Origin: Antedon mediterranea
Lineage: Eukaryota; Animalia; Echinodermata
Assembly: GCF_964355755.1 (NCBI RefSeq)
Contig: NC_092677.1
Coordinates: forward strand, 27,329,175-27,393,174
Length of the DNA stretch: 64,000 bases
Reading direction: 5' to 3'
Under the pieces are notes generated by a model. That model saw only the letters and a list, made by a program, of their open reading frames with translations. It had not been told where the DNA came from and made no database searches. Made by a program: the position numbers and the translations under genes. Of the stretch, positions 1 to 12,809 are shown in pieces (within the stretch, counting starts at the first letter, position 1; every line of letters starts with the position of its first letter).

Positions 1-68
1 TCTCTTATTGCTTTTTTGTTTTAATTTTATTTAATATTAATTTTTCTTTTTTTCTTCTACATTTACAG

Positions 69-115
69 GATAGGATGGTAGTACTCCTAATAGGAAATGC
101 CGTCAATTGGTCACT
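69..115 (+). CDS. SIDT1: SIDT-like internal coding exon ([16 protein letters not shown])
   Basis: Polypyrimidine tract + tttacag acceptor; gtaagt donor; ends in phase 2. Confidence 0.9.
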
Positions 116-3100
116 GTAAGTGATTAAAATATATCTATTACCTTGGCTCTATGATGCCCTGTCAGATGTAGCCCTCCTCAAACCTCTGACATTCCTTTCT
201 GTGCTGCGCTGTCCTATTACCTTGGCTCCATGTTGCCCTGTCAGATGTAGCCCTCCTCAAACCTCTGACATTCCTTTCTGTGCTGCGCTGTCCTATTACC
301 TTGGCTCCATGTTGCCCTGTCAGATGTAGCCCTCCTCAAACCTCTGACATTCCTTTCTGTGCTGCGCTGTCCTATTACCTTGGCTCCATGTTGCCCTGTC
401 AGTAGCCCTCCTCAAACCTCTGACATTCCTTTCTGTGCTGCGCTGTCCTATTACCTTGGCTCTATGTTGCCCTGTCAGATGTAGCCCTCCTCAAACCTCT
501 GACATTCCTTTCTGTGCTGCGCTGTCCTATTACCTTGGCTCCATGTTGCCCTGTCAGTAGCCCTCCTCAAACCTCTGACATTCCTTTCTGTGCTGCGCTG
601 TCCTATTACCTTGGCTCCATGTTGCCCTGTCAGTAGCCCTCCTCAAACCTCTGACATTCTTTTCTGTGCTGCGCTGTCCTATTACCTTGGCTCCATGTTG
701 CCCTGTCAGTAGCCCTCCTCAAACCTCTGACATTCCTTTCTGTGCTGCGCTGTCCTATTACCTTGGCTCTATGTTGCCCTGTCAGATGTAGCCCTCCTCA
801 AACCTCTGACATTCCTTTCTGTGCTGCGCTGTCCTATTACCTTGGCTCCATGTTGCCCTGTCAGATGTAGCCCTCCTCAAACCTCTGACATTCCTTTCTG
901 TGCTGCGCTGTCCTATTACCTTGGCTCCATGTTGCCCTGTCAGTAGCCCTCCTCAAACCTCTGACATTCTTTTCTGTGCTGCGCTGTCCTATTACCTTGG
1001 CTCCATGTTGCCCTGTCAGTAGCCCTCCTCAAACCTCTGACATTCCTTTCTGTGCTGCGCTGTCCTATTACCTTGGCTCTATGTTGCCCTGTCAGATGTA
1101 GCCCTCCTCAAATCTCTGACATTCCTTTCTGTGCTGCGCTGTCCTATTACCTTGGCTCCATGTTGCCCTGTCAGTAGCCCTCCTCAAACCTCTGACATTC
1201 CTTTCTGTGCTGCGCTGTCCTATTACCTTGGCTCTATGTTGCCCTGTCAGATGTAGCCCTCCTCAAACCTCTGACATTCCTTTCTGTGCTGCGCTGTCCT
1301 ATTACCTTGGCTCCATGTTGCCCTGTCAGTAGCCCTCCTCAAACCTCTGACATTCCTTTCTGTGCTGCGCTGTCCTATTACCTTGGCTCTATGTTGCCCT
1401 GTCAGATGTAGCCCTCCTCAAACCTCTGACATTCCTTTCTGTGCTGCGCTGTCCTATTACCTTGGCTCCATGTTGCCCTGTCAGATGTAGCCCTCCTCAA
1501 ACCTCTGACATTCCTTTCTGTGCTGCGCTGTCCTATTACCTTGGCTCTATGTTGCCCTGTCAGATGTAGCCCTCCTCAAACCTCTGACATTCCTTTCTGT
1601 GCTGCGCTGTCCTATTACCTTGGCTCCATGTTGCCCTGTCAGATGTAGCCCTCCTCAAACCTCTGACATTCCTTTCTGTGCTGCGCTGTCCTATTACCTT
1701 GGCTCTATGATGCCCTGTCAGATGTAGCCCTCCTCAAACCTCTGACATTCCTTTCTGTGCTGCGCTGTCCTATTACCTTGGCTCTATGATGCCCTGTCAG
1801 ATGTAGCCCTCCTCAAACCTCTGACATTCCTTTCTGTGCTGCGCTGTCCTATTACCTTGGCTCCATGTTGCCCTGTCAGATGTAGCCCTCCTCAAACCTC
1901 TGACATTCCTTTCTGTGCTGCGCTGTCCTATTACCTTGGCTCCATGTTGCCCTGTCAGATGTAGCCCTCCTCAAACCTCTGACATTCCTTTCTGTGCTGC
2001 GCTGTCCTATTACCTTGGCTCTATGTTGCCCTGTCAGATGTAGCCCTCCTCAAACCTCTGACATTCCTTTCTGTGCTGCGCTGTCCTATTACCTTGGCTC
2101 CATGTTGCCCTGTCAGATGTAGCCCTCCTCAAACCTCTGACATTCCTTTCTGTGCTGCGCTGTCCTATTACCTTGGCTCCATGTTGCCCTGTCAGATGTA
2201 GCCCTCCTCAAACCTCTGACATTCCTTTCTGTGCTGCGCTGTCCTATTACCTTGGCTCCATGTTGCCCTGTCAGATGTAGCCCTCCTCAAACCTCTGACA
2301 TTCCTTTCTGTGCTGCGCTGTCCTATTACCTTGGCTCCATGTTGCCCTGTCAGTAGCCCTCCTCAAACCTCTGACATTCCTTTCTGTGCTGCGCTGTCCT
2401 ATTACCTTGGCTCCATGTTGCCCTGTCAGATGTAGCCCTCCTCAAACCTCTGACATTCCTTTCTGTGCTGCGCTGTCCTATTACCTTGGCTCCATGTTGC
2501 CCTGTCAGATGTAGCCCTCCTCAAACCTCTGACATTCCTTTCTGTGCTGCGCTGTCCTATTACCTTGGCTCCATGTTGCCCTGTCAGATGTAGCCCTCCT
2601 CAAACCTCTGACATTCCTTTCTGTGCTGCGCTGTCCTATTACCTTGGCTCCATGTTGCCCTGTCAGATGTAGCCCTCCTCAAACCTCTGACATTCCTTTC
2701 TGTGCTGCGCTGTCCTATTACCTTGGCTCCATGTTGCCCTGTCAGATGTAGCCCTCCTCAAACCTCTGACATTCCTTTCTGTGCTGCGCTGTCCTATTAC
2801 CTTGGCTCCATGTTGCCCTGTCAGATGTAGCCCTTCTCAAACCTCTGACATTCCTTTCTGTGCTGCGCTGTCCTAGCCCAAGTTGTTCCTGTATCAGATA
2901 TAATATCGTCCTTTCATAATAATCATATCATAACTCAGGAACATCTTGATACAATAATACTAACACTTTTGAATACATAAATGATTTATATTCACTGCAG
3001 CTTTGTAATTTAAACTTATATATTTCTCTTTATCAGTATAATAGTTGGTCTTGTTAAACAACCGAAGGACTTTGCTTCGTTCCTGCTAGCAATATTCATT

Positions 3101-4706
3101 GTGAATCTACTCCTGTATCTCATGTTCTACATTATAATGAAGGTAACCTCCTTGTTTATTGACAATATTCATTGTGAATCTACTCCTGTACCTAATGTTC
3201 TACATTATAATGAAGGTAACCTACATGTTTCGTTATTGACAATATTCATTGTGAATCTACTCCTGTACCTAATGTTCTACATTATAATGAAGGTAACCTC
3301 CTTGTTTATTGACAATATTCATTGTGAATCTACTCCTGTATCTCATGTTCTACATTATAATGAAGGTAACCTCCTTGTTTATTGACAATATTCATTGTGA
3401 ATCTACTCCTGTACCTAATGTTCTACATTATAATGAAGGTAACCTCCTTGTTTATTGACAATATTCATTGTGAATCTACTCCTGTACCTAATGTTCTACA
3501 TTATAATGAAGGTAACCTCCTTGTTTATTGACAATATTCATTGTGAATCTACTCCTGTACCTAATGTTCTACATTATAATGAAGGTAACCTCCTTGTTTA
3601 TTGACAATATTCATTGTGAATCTACTCCTGTATCTCATGTTCTACATTATAATGAAGGTAACCTCCTTGTTTATTGACAATATTCATTGTGAATCTACTC
3701 CTGTACCTAATGTTCTACATTATAATGAAGGTAACCTCCTTGTTTATTGACAATATTCATTGTGAATCTACTCCTGTACCTAATGTTCTACATTATAATG
3801 AAGGTAACCTCCTTGTTTATTGACAATATTCATTGTGAATATACTCCTGTAAATCAAAATCTTTAAAACCAGATTTTGTTATTTTTCTGTTTTCAGATTC
3901 GTTGTAAAGAACGCATCATCCCCGTAGCTATCATATTCCTCGTATGTACTGGTATCATCTGGATTTTCGCTCTGTATTTCTTCTCACTTGGTCTAACTCA
4001 ATGGCAGGTAAGTACTATAAAGGGTCAGAGGTCAAGGGTTAAGTCCAAGCTGCTAGAAACATGTTTACTTACCCTTGGAAGTGAGAGGGTTTTTTATTTC
4101 CTAGTTCGTCATTTTCTGTTCTTGTTCACCTGGTACGATGAATACTTTTTCTTTCTGTTTTTCAGAAAACTCCCGCACAATCTAGAGAAGGTAATGAAGA
4201 GTGCATCCTGATGGGCTTCTATGATGGCCATGACATCTGGCACTTCCTCTCCGCAGCTGCCATGTTCTTTTCTTTTATGGTGAGTTTATTTTAATTTTGT
4301 TCCCCTAGTACATGGCAACAATTTTCTGAAGATACACCATCACTAAATTACCATAATGTTTAATAATCATTTTTTTACTGACAGCATCATTGCATTTGAT
4401 AGACTGCAACAAATCAGTACACTCATTTTTCTGAAAGTGTACAATGAATGAATATAGCATATTCAATTGCATAGAACAAGAGTCATGAATTTTTAATTTG
4501 TTTGGTACTGCAATAACATGGGATCTTGTTGATAGTTTTATATGCCATAAGAAAATGTATTAAATTACCATGTCAATAAAATAATAACTTAATATTAATG
4601 GGTGTTAGCGAGAGTTCAATAACTTTATTCTTTTTATTTTCAGCTTGTTCTCGTATTAGACGATGATCTTGATAACAAACCAAGAACAGAGATTCAGGTC
4701 TTCTAA
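69..4706 (+). CDS. SIDT1: SID-1 transmembrane family member (SIDT1/SIDT2-like), 3' part; join(69..115,3037..3142,3897..4007,4166..4279,4644..4706), 5' exons lie outside the window
   Basis: Spliced translation [60 protein letters not shown]...[63 protein letters not shown] matches the recalled SIDT C-terminus (DRMVLL..GN..NW, NLLLY..FYIIMK, HDIWH, LDDDL). All introns are GT-AG with consistent phases. SIDT1 versus SIDT2 cannot be resolved. Confidence 0.95.
135..2875. repeat. Intronic minisatellite, 79-bp unit (76-bp variant lacking 3 nt), ~35 copies
   Basis: Unit cctattaccttggctccatgttgccctgtcag(atg)tagccctcctcaaacctctgacattcctttctgtgctgcgctgt repeated head-to-tail with very few substitutions. 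Confidence 0.97.
3037..3142 (+). CDS. SIDT1: SIDT-like internal coding exon ([35 protein letters not shown])
   Basis: tttatcag acceptor, AAG|gtaacc donor, phase matches flanking exons. Confidence 0.92.
3090..3850. repeat. 73-bp tandem repeat (~10 copies) made of the 3' half of the SIDT exon plus its splice donor
   Basis: Unit caatattcattgtgaatctactcctgta..atgttctacattataatgaag|gtaacctccttgtttattga; first copy overlaps the exon, second copy is 77 bp. Confidence 0.95.
3897..4007 (+). CDS. SIDT1: SIDT-like internal coding exon ([37 protein letters not shown])
   Basis: ttttcag acceptor, CAG|gtaagt donor, 111 nt phase 0. Confidence 0.93.
4166..4279 (+). CDS. SIDT1: SIDT-like exon with HDIWH motif
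   Basis: ttttcag acceptor, ATG|gtgagt donor; [38 protein letters not shown]. Confidence 0.95.
4644..4706 (+). CDS. SIDT1: SIDT-like terminal coding exon ([20 protein letters not shown])
   Basis: ttttcag acceptor; LDDDL motif; TAA at 4704-4706. Confidence 0.93.
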   Translation, partial: LVLVLDDDLDNKPRTEIQVF

Positions 4707-6144
4707 TGAATATGTATTTATGCAAATAAACCTGCTGAATATGTATTTTATGCAAATCAACCTGCTGAATATTGCTTTGTATTAAAGAGTAAAATGAAAT
4801 CACATTGTATCTGCTGCCCTCAACATGAGTGTTGCTAACTCTTGTTGTTGGTTGTAGACAAGTTTTATACTGTGTAACCATGGTAAATGTGTGTATCCAT
4901 TTTAATTTGTAGATGTTAAGATAATGGTTTTAAAAATGTATTTTTGAGCAATAACCTTCAGTGTAGGGGTAAGAGGACAACAGTAACAGTATAACAAATG
5001 ACTAGTATAAAAATGTATGCCCCTATTGTTGATGCATCGGTATAAATGATATGCACCTTCTGCCTTCCATCTTAAAATCCTTGGTCCGAATCACGCCAGA
5101 CTCCAGGGTTTAAACATAGTATTAGAATATTGATGTTTTATAAATGTGTTTTTTTTTTCTTGGTAAATGCAATTATTGAGCCTGGCAGTTATAAATGCAA
5201 TCACACTATTAGAAATTTAAACTAGATCACGCATTCTAATGCGTATCGTTGATGGCGCTAATTTGAGTTAGGATTAAGATTGAATGTGCATGCACTCTCA
5301 ATGGAACCCCTTAAAATGTTATAACCCTTGGACAGCAAAGTCTTGTCTAAATCAACTTGAATATAAACGTACTTAAAGAATGTGCAAAGTAAGTTAAGAC
5401 AAATGTCTTGGTTAAGTAGCGTTAGTTAGTCTTTGTGGGCGTACAAGGACAACAACATTCAACAACATAATTGCACGTAGACATTTAAATGCTAGTTTAG
5501 GCTAGACAATTTCGCAACAAACTAAGCCCAGGAAAGAAAAATAATTTAATATTCGAACAATGATTTAGGTCAGTTATTAGTTCATTTATTGTTTTACTCA
5601 AACTTAGTGGAACCAGGCAAGAGTGAAATTATCTCTCTTCCCTGGTGGGACTGCTATGCTGTTAATGTACACACATGCTACGAGTCTGGATCTTCCATTC
5701 GTTTTCAAGCATTTATTGGGGGTTTTTTTTTTGGGGGTGGGGGGGGGGGTGTAACATGATCATGATCAAAATGTATAATGTTCAAAGTAGATTAATGATT
5801 AGATAATTAGATGAATCATAGCATTATTATAACATTCCACCAGATTATGGTAACATGGTGTTGGTGTTCTTAGTTTTAAGAAACCCAACGACTTTCAGAA
5901 TGATTCGCCAATCCACGGCATTAAAGTATTACGAGTTCCAATGTAGATAATATAAAAGTTTCAATGCAAATATTGAAGATTGTGCAATTTTATGTAAAAA
6001 TATATAGAATAGTCTATAATTAATGATAATGATTGTTGTAAATAATAAGTTTATATGTTTTAATGATTTAATTTCTTTACTGTACTCACATGGTACTGGT
6101 ATAAGACAACCTCCTAATCAAATGTACCCAATCAGTATACAGTA

Positions 6145-6330
6145 CAGTCAACTCTCCCCATACCAGACTCTCTGAAAACCGGAAACTCTCCCAAAACCAG
6201 ACTTTTCTTAATGTCCAAAAGGTCCCAAATTCATTATTACCATTAAAAACACATTCTGAAGACCAGACTTTCCAGAAAACCATACATATTTGGCCAGTTC
6301 AAAGGTGTCTGATATTGAGAGAGTTGACTG
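6145..6330. mobile_element. Tc1/mariner (pogo/Tigger-like) MITE, 186 bp
   Basis: TIRs cagtcaactctc...gagagttgactg (imperfect to ~24 bp), flanked by TA on both sides. Confidence 0.8.
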
Positions 6331-8964
6331 TATACAGTTCATATTATTCTTTAGTAATTAGACAAAAAGAATATAATTAGTTTAATTAATTAAAACAATT
6401 GTAAACAAACCAATTGGATTACTAACTTATGAGTCCTACGAACCGGATGAACATTTACGACGTAATTAGTGGTTTTTTGTTTTTGTTTACCTTACTGTAT
6501 CCTTAATGCAATTTTTCTTAGGTAAGCATAGAATTGATTAGAATCAATTATTATTAACTTGTTGTTATGGAAACAACAACAAACAATATTTTAAAGAGCA
6601 TTTTTATCAAATTTGTGCCAGTATCGTATCATTTTGGTTTGCTATAATTACCAATTAATTATAATTAATCATTTTTTATAATTATAATTAATTATATCAT
6701 TTTTATATTAAAATTTGATTGATTTTATTTATCTTGCTTTATTGTCCCACCCGGTTTACTAGTTCATTTATTAATGGCTCTAAAAATGTTTTTTAAAACA
6801 TACATTTTGTATTACAATTAATGTAATTTGTATATTAATCTGAATAATGCAGTAGACCTCTATAAAAAAGAAACCTTCAGCATCTAACAGTCGTAGTGTA
6901 GTAGTAAGTTTACCCTTTATAAAACTATTCCCTGAATAGCAGTGTCCTAAAGGAGATGTACTACTGTAATCACTATGTCTCTCTGACAGACAATAATAAT
7001 ACTACTTACTTAATTACTTACTTAGTCTCAAACTTATATAACTAGATTCTTTCATAACTTCCTATCTGCCAATAATAATACTGTACTTTAAAAGAACAAT
7101 TATTCATTTTCCACTTCTGCCAACAAATTAGAAATGATTACTTAAAAAAATCTTGATTTTTTACAATATATTATTAAATATTATATCTATCGTATTAAAT
7201 GTATACACTGTTAAAAATATAATTTATAGTTTTGACTTTTAATTAAGTTTTAATTATTAAGTCTACCTCTCATAATATTACATGTTTTCTTTAAATTGAT
7301 AATTAATATCTCATTATAATTGTTGATATAGTTTTATGACCTCAGAACATGATTTTATTGGAAGTACAATAAATATAGTGCACAATATAACTTCAAGACT
7401 CTTTTATATGCCCCTCAATTTAATTAATATTTATATTCTCTAATTATAGGTTTATTATAGACCCTACTGATGACAGTTAGAGTGTGAGAAAAATTACTAA
7501 ATCAAAATTTTGATTTTTAATATTAAAATGTACCTGATACTGAATTTATGAATATTAAATCCACCTTATAAATATTCATAAGGAAGATCCTAGGATTTTT
7601 TGTTACAGCGCCCTCTACAGCTGTAAAAGTTTTTGATGGGATAATCAGGCCCTACAGGCAGGTTTTTCCTGAAAAAAGTAAGTTTTGGACTAATTTTCAA
7701 ACGTTCTATTCATAATTACTGCTATATACATGTTTATTTGGTTATAAAATAAACAAAAATGAATATTAAATGTAATTTTATTTGAGTTTTCTGGTTGGCT
7801 AGGCCTAGCCTATTCCCAATCCAGGCTGTGTAGGCCTAGCCCTAGCCTAGTGGCAGCGAATACCCGTGGCAGCAGGTGTGCATCATGAGGAGAGGATGGA
7901 TAAGATACACCATGCTTGAATAATATATAAGGAGCAGGAAAACTACAGAAGGCGCTCGTCATGAAAACTAATAGGTTTTTTCTTTACATATTCCGTATAT
8001 AGTCTTAATTAGGAAAATGGTTCATCAATCATATACTGGAAAAATGGAAATAAAGCCAAGCCATGTGGAATATACCAGATTGTTTTCATAGTAAACATAG
8101 AGTGGCAGAGCAAAGCATAATTCCATTGGCTGGGACTCATCTCCCTGCCTAACATCGTGCTCCCAGTTTTGATATAGGGTTTTTTTTTTTAATATAAAAT
8201 TGCTCAAAACACAAACAAATTTAGAAATTTGACATGCTGTTCAACCATCTGTGGTCATAATTCATTGATTTTTTTTCAAAAAAACTCACATGCAGTAGCT
8301 AGCCACCACGGCATCTCTCCTGGTCTCAATGATAAGTAGAGGGCAGTCTTCACGTAAAAAATAATAACTCCTTTTTTTTACCTAAGATGTTGGCATGCAG
8401 TTAGACATACTGTATGGGCAGAGGAAGGTTGAAAACCAGACATGTGGGTGGGTGGGGTGTATATATGTTTAGCAATTCAATTCACAATTTATCCCAATCC
8501 CCCATCATCTGTATGACCATTTCCAGACTATTTCACAGTAGATTGCATATCTAATGAAATTTTACATTTACACTGAAAACCCATTAAAACTATCCTATTA
8601 TAAATTCTCAAATACCGTTGTTCAAATATAACGGCCTTATAATATTGATTGCTTTGAAGCTGGCGTTGCATTTTCCAGGTTAATTAAAAAAATGATATTA
8701 CATAACACGCAATTGTCTAGGTAATCCACCAATCAGACGCTTTGTTTTCAGTCCTTGAGTAGATGCATCTCTTATGTTCAGCTCTATTATTGTAGATTGA
8801 ATTGTGAGATTAAAGCATCTCTAATAATGACATAGTGTAACACAATTTCAACTCTAATACGCATTTGTTATTTTCTCCAGTTATATATTTTGTTTTCTTG
8901 CGAGAAACTACAGAATGGATTATAATTTATCATGCTTAAACTAAACCTCATTGGATTTTATGGT

Positions 8965-9265
8965 ATAAAGTAGAAAGATACAACCCCAAATTAGGATGGC
9001 TATCTGTGACAGTGGCTGTTTGTGTACTAATACACCGGGTACCCCCCCCCCCCTCCCCCTACTCATCTCGAAAGATGTACTAGGTTCTTTAAAATGCACA
9101 TGAGCTACTGTAGATGTGTAAACTGGACCTACAGTTTATTATAGTCCTTATACCAGAAGATTTGTTCTACCACCAGAACTACGGAGTGAGTGAGCCTTGA
9201 ACCCTTGCCGATATTATGGCTATGTATTTAGGTTCCACTGTCTTAACTGCTCGGTAACTAACTTG
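8965..9265 (-). mobile_element. Degenerate tRNA-derived SINE with Deu/Nin-type central domain
   Basis: Minus strand begins with A-box-like (taccgagcagttaagac) and B-box-like (gggttcaaggc) sequence. Then ggtataaggactataataaactgtaggtcc...taaagaacctagtacatctttcgagatgagtagggg...cccggtgt, resembling the recalled DeuSINE/AmnSINE core. Boundaries approximate. Confidence 0.6.
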
Positions 9266-10053
9266 CCACAGAATATCTGCATATTGCATTACGCATCTTT
9301 TCCGATTGTGACAGCATTGTCAATAATCTCAAATATTATGTTTACTTTTCTTACATCGTTAGACTAACACAGAATAAAGTGCAAACATTTTGTGCTAACA
9401 AAACACATCAAGCAGTATTAGCCTGATGGTTACCAGTTGGTGACGAGATGCTATGCGTTTACTCTGATGATATTTATACAGGCACAACGCCTGGAAGCAA
9501 ACTAGCTGGGTCCTTGCACCACAAAATATGAATAATTTATTTATTTCTAGCATGTGATATTATCATTTCGTCTGTTGGTGTCATTTGCACATTTTAATTA
9601 TGTTTTTTATAGAATTAATTAATTAAATTAATTGAGATGAAAATATGGAAGATTAATATTAGCATGGTTGAGATGAAGTGAAGAAGATTTAGTTAAATTG
9701 AATTGTAATATTTTATAATCTTGTTTATTCCATGACCTACCTTCTCTGTGATCCATAATATGCAATATTCTTGAATTTGTTTATGAATAAAATTATGAAT
9801 AACGAAGGAGGGGTTTGATAGATATTAATTGAGTTCTTCACTAAAGACACTTGTGGTTTAGTTAATAATAAAATAATAACTATATACTTTGATATAAAAC
9901 AAAACTAGAAAAATACCATTAATATAAAAATTTGATAAACAAAACAAAAAGATTGTTATATAAAAAGAAACAAATATAGTGCCTAGTGGATGTCGAGGTG
10001 TGAGGTAATGATTGTTAGTTATCATATTTAAGTAAAAATGACAATAATATTAT

Positions 10054-10338
10054 CTCAACTCCCTGACGCAAAACTACAATTACAATCCTGTTGGTGCAGT
10101 ACCCGCTGCTTACTTGGGCTCGAATCTAACCACTAGCCATCGGCGCAAGCTCGGTGGTCTAGAGGTATGAACGCCAGGCTAGTGATCTGGAGGTCGTGGG
10201 TTCGAGTCCCACCCGAGAACTACTTGCGAATTTTTTTGCAAGTATTCTCAAATGTACTTAGTATAAAGTACAAATTGCGTCAGAGTAGGGCAAAACATCT
10301 AATTACTCAACTCCCTGACGCAAAACTACAATTACAAT
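10054..10338 (+). mobile_element. 285-bp element with identical 33-bp terminal direct repeats enclosing a tRNA-like Pol III unit
   Basis: ctcaactccctgacgcaaaactacaattacaat at 10054-10086 and 10306-10338; internal tRNA-like fold followed by a T7 tract. Confidence 0.6.
10148..10220 (+). tRNA. tRNA-Thr(AGT)-like sequence, probably pseudo-tRNA or SINE head
   Basis: A box TGGTCTAGAGG; anticodon arm CCAGG-CT AGT GA-TCTGG; T arm GTGGG-TTCGAGT-CCCAC; acceptor stem only 5/7 paired (CTCGG/CCGAG); T7 at 10231-10237. Confidence 0.6.
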
Positions 10339-12809
10339 AATATTATCGTATCCTATAACACATTATGTACTGTAAGTAGTATGGTAAACTGAAAATAGCC
10401 AAAAAAAGATGTTTGTCATAAATTCTGAATAATGTTGTAAACAATCAAGGACTTAATTAGATTTTAACGTGAATTATTTGCCAGAAGCCAGGATTGGATG
10501 CCAAGTAATCCTTTTATCCAGATTATGTCTGGTAATAAGGCCAATACCGATTAGAAATCTCTTGATTTAATTTATCATTCTAGATATGCCAAATAATTGT
10601 AATAAAGAGGCTTTATAATCACTATCATGACATCATAATGTTGTTTAAATGGTTTAGAGTGTAATTATTTATCGTTTTATTTGAAAATGTATTTATTTTA
10701 TTTCCAAATAAAAACTTAATCAAATAAAGTATAACAAAAACCTGCAAGTTTGAAAAACATAACAAAACCTTAGACAGAGCTTAAACTTGGGTTCTTCTGA
10801 TGCCCCATTATTACGATAATAAAATAATTTGCGCCGTATCCAATATATTTATGCGTACAGTAGTAGTAAAATTATTAAAACGATAATATTGTAGCGAGAA
10901 TGATGTTCTCTAAAAAATTAAAACTATTTTTTTTACATTTTCAAATAAAGTTAAAGATTATGTTTAAAACTAAATGAAATCACTGCTGTATTTATTATAT
11001 ATTTATATTATTATTATATATATTTATATTATTATTATATATATTTATATTATTATATATCGGAAATAAAATGTCCTTAGTAACAAGATGCTGTGTTTGT
11101 ATACCACATAAATTTTAATTTTAATTTTCATTTTGAGATATCCTGTGTTTAGAATATGAAATTAGTATGCTAAAAAATGTAAACAAAAAATATTGATGTC
11201 ACCTGATCCAATTCCATATTTAAATGACAATGGGTATTGTTCCCACATCCTGTTAATCTATTTAAGGATATAAAATATAACCTTGAACTACCCCTTGACC
11301 TGAATGGAATAATCCAACTATCATACCATCAATCACTAAAACGGAAGCAACCTATTAACTTACCTGTACTGAAATGGTATAGACCGCCTCAATAATTTTA
11401 CCATCCTTGCATGTGTGTTATATGTAACGTGTACAGTGTTTAGACACAGTGAGTTCATACAAGTTTGATATATTTTAATATTTGTACATTCAGATTGTAA
11501 TTCCTTGGACACTATATCTGCACGTCGTCACCGCCGCCGCCACTTCTCTTACTGTTAAACATGTGAGTAGAATTTTTGATTTGATATTTAAATTTGCAAT
11601 TAGCCATGTGCTGTGGAATATGCCCCACCTACCTACACTACTACCTACAATTTATTTTAAATAGCATTATGAATATGATTTTATTTAATTATATGAGTTA
11701 TTATTCATTATCTTGCTTTGCTTATTTATCGTCTGTTGCGTCAGTTATTGCTATCATAATTATTTTCCTTGGGAAATCAAATAATTAACATCTAATAATA
11801 TTATTTTAATATTTATTTTTCTACTATAAAACTAAAGAGTTGTTATAACAGCCATAAAAATCTTCTTTGCTATAATTTTTTTCTAAATTATGTAATAAAG
11901 TATCTGTTACAGTACTAATTCTATTATTTTAATTTATGCGCAATGGATCATTTCCTTTCCTCGTTATCAATAGTACCTGGAGCTTCTTCAGTTTGTTAAT
12001 TTATGTTTATTGTTTATATTCTTCATCTGTTCACTCATTTGTTCTCTACATCCTTTAGCTTCATTTCAACTGCTCGTTAAGCGCTAACGATATCGAGGCC
12101 ATTAGGGTGATTTCACTCAGTTCAGTGCTCAACTGTTCTCTGCTTATATCTTCCATTAAGAGTTGTTTATAAAAGAAAAAAGCAATAGTTAATTGTTGAT
12201 AATATAAAAACTGAGTGGAGCTAAGCTAATAGTTTATCCATTGCTTCTGGTGGTAAACAAACAAAATGAGATTTGACATTTGTTCTATGTTAGATACCTT
12301 GGATACTGTACAGTAGGCATTAGTACACTTTATCATTTTCCTAGTATCTAGATTAATAATTGCAGCTTTCTACTAATATCTTAATTAATATAAAATAATA
12401 ATTTTTAAATAGTGAAATACATAATTTAGTGATTTTAACAAATACTGTCCTGAACCTTAATGTTATAGCAATTATTACATGGTGTAAATTCAAGATTTTG
12501 TTTAAATAATTAAATTCTTAATATTCATATTGTTTTTTACGCAATTTGTTTTAATAGAATATTTGGCATGACGCGATAGGTCGCTATTATAAATGTCGTG
12601 AATTGTACTTGGTTTTATGCGCAGGGCTTTAGAGCCACTATAAAAGCTTTTAGAGACGTCGTCAAGATACATAATCTAATAGACAATCTAAGTATTAAAG
12701 ATTGTGCAATGGACAGGTTGAAGTGGACGCGTTGTTACATCATGACAAATTACGAGTAGAATCATTGTTCTTCTCATAAATGACAGAATCATCAATGGTA
12801 TAAGTATTT

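Noticed and set aside
5221-5250. Minus-strand Helitron-like 3' end (acgcatt/aatgcgt hairpin next to CTAG)
   Set aside because: Short hairpin and no identifiable matching 5' end
11494-11562. Candidate 5' non-coding exon of PEA15 (cag...gtgagt)
   Set aside because: Splice-like signals only; cannot be tied to the gene without transcripts
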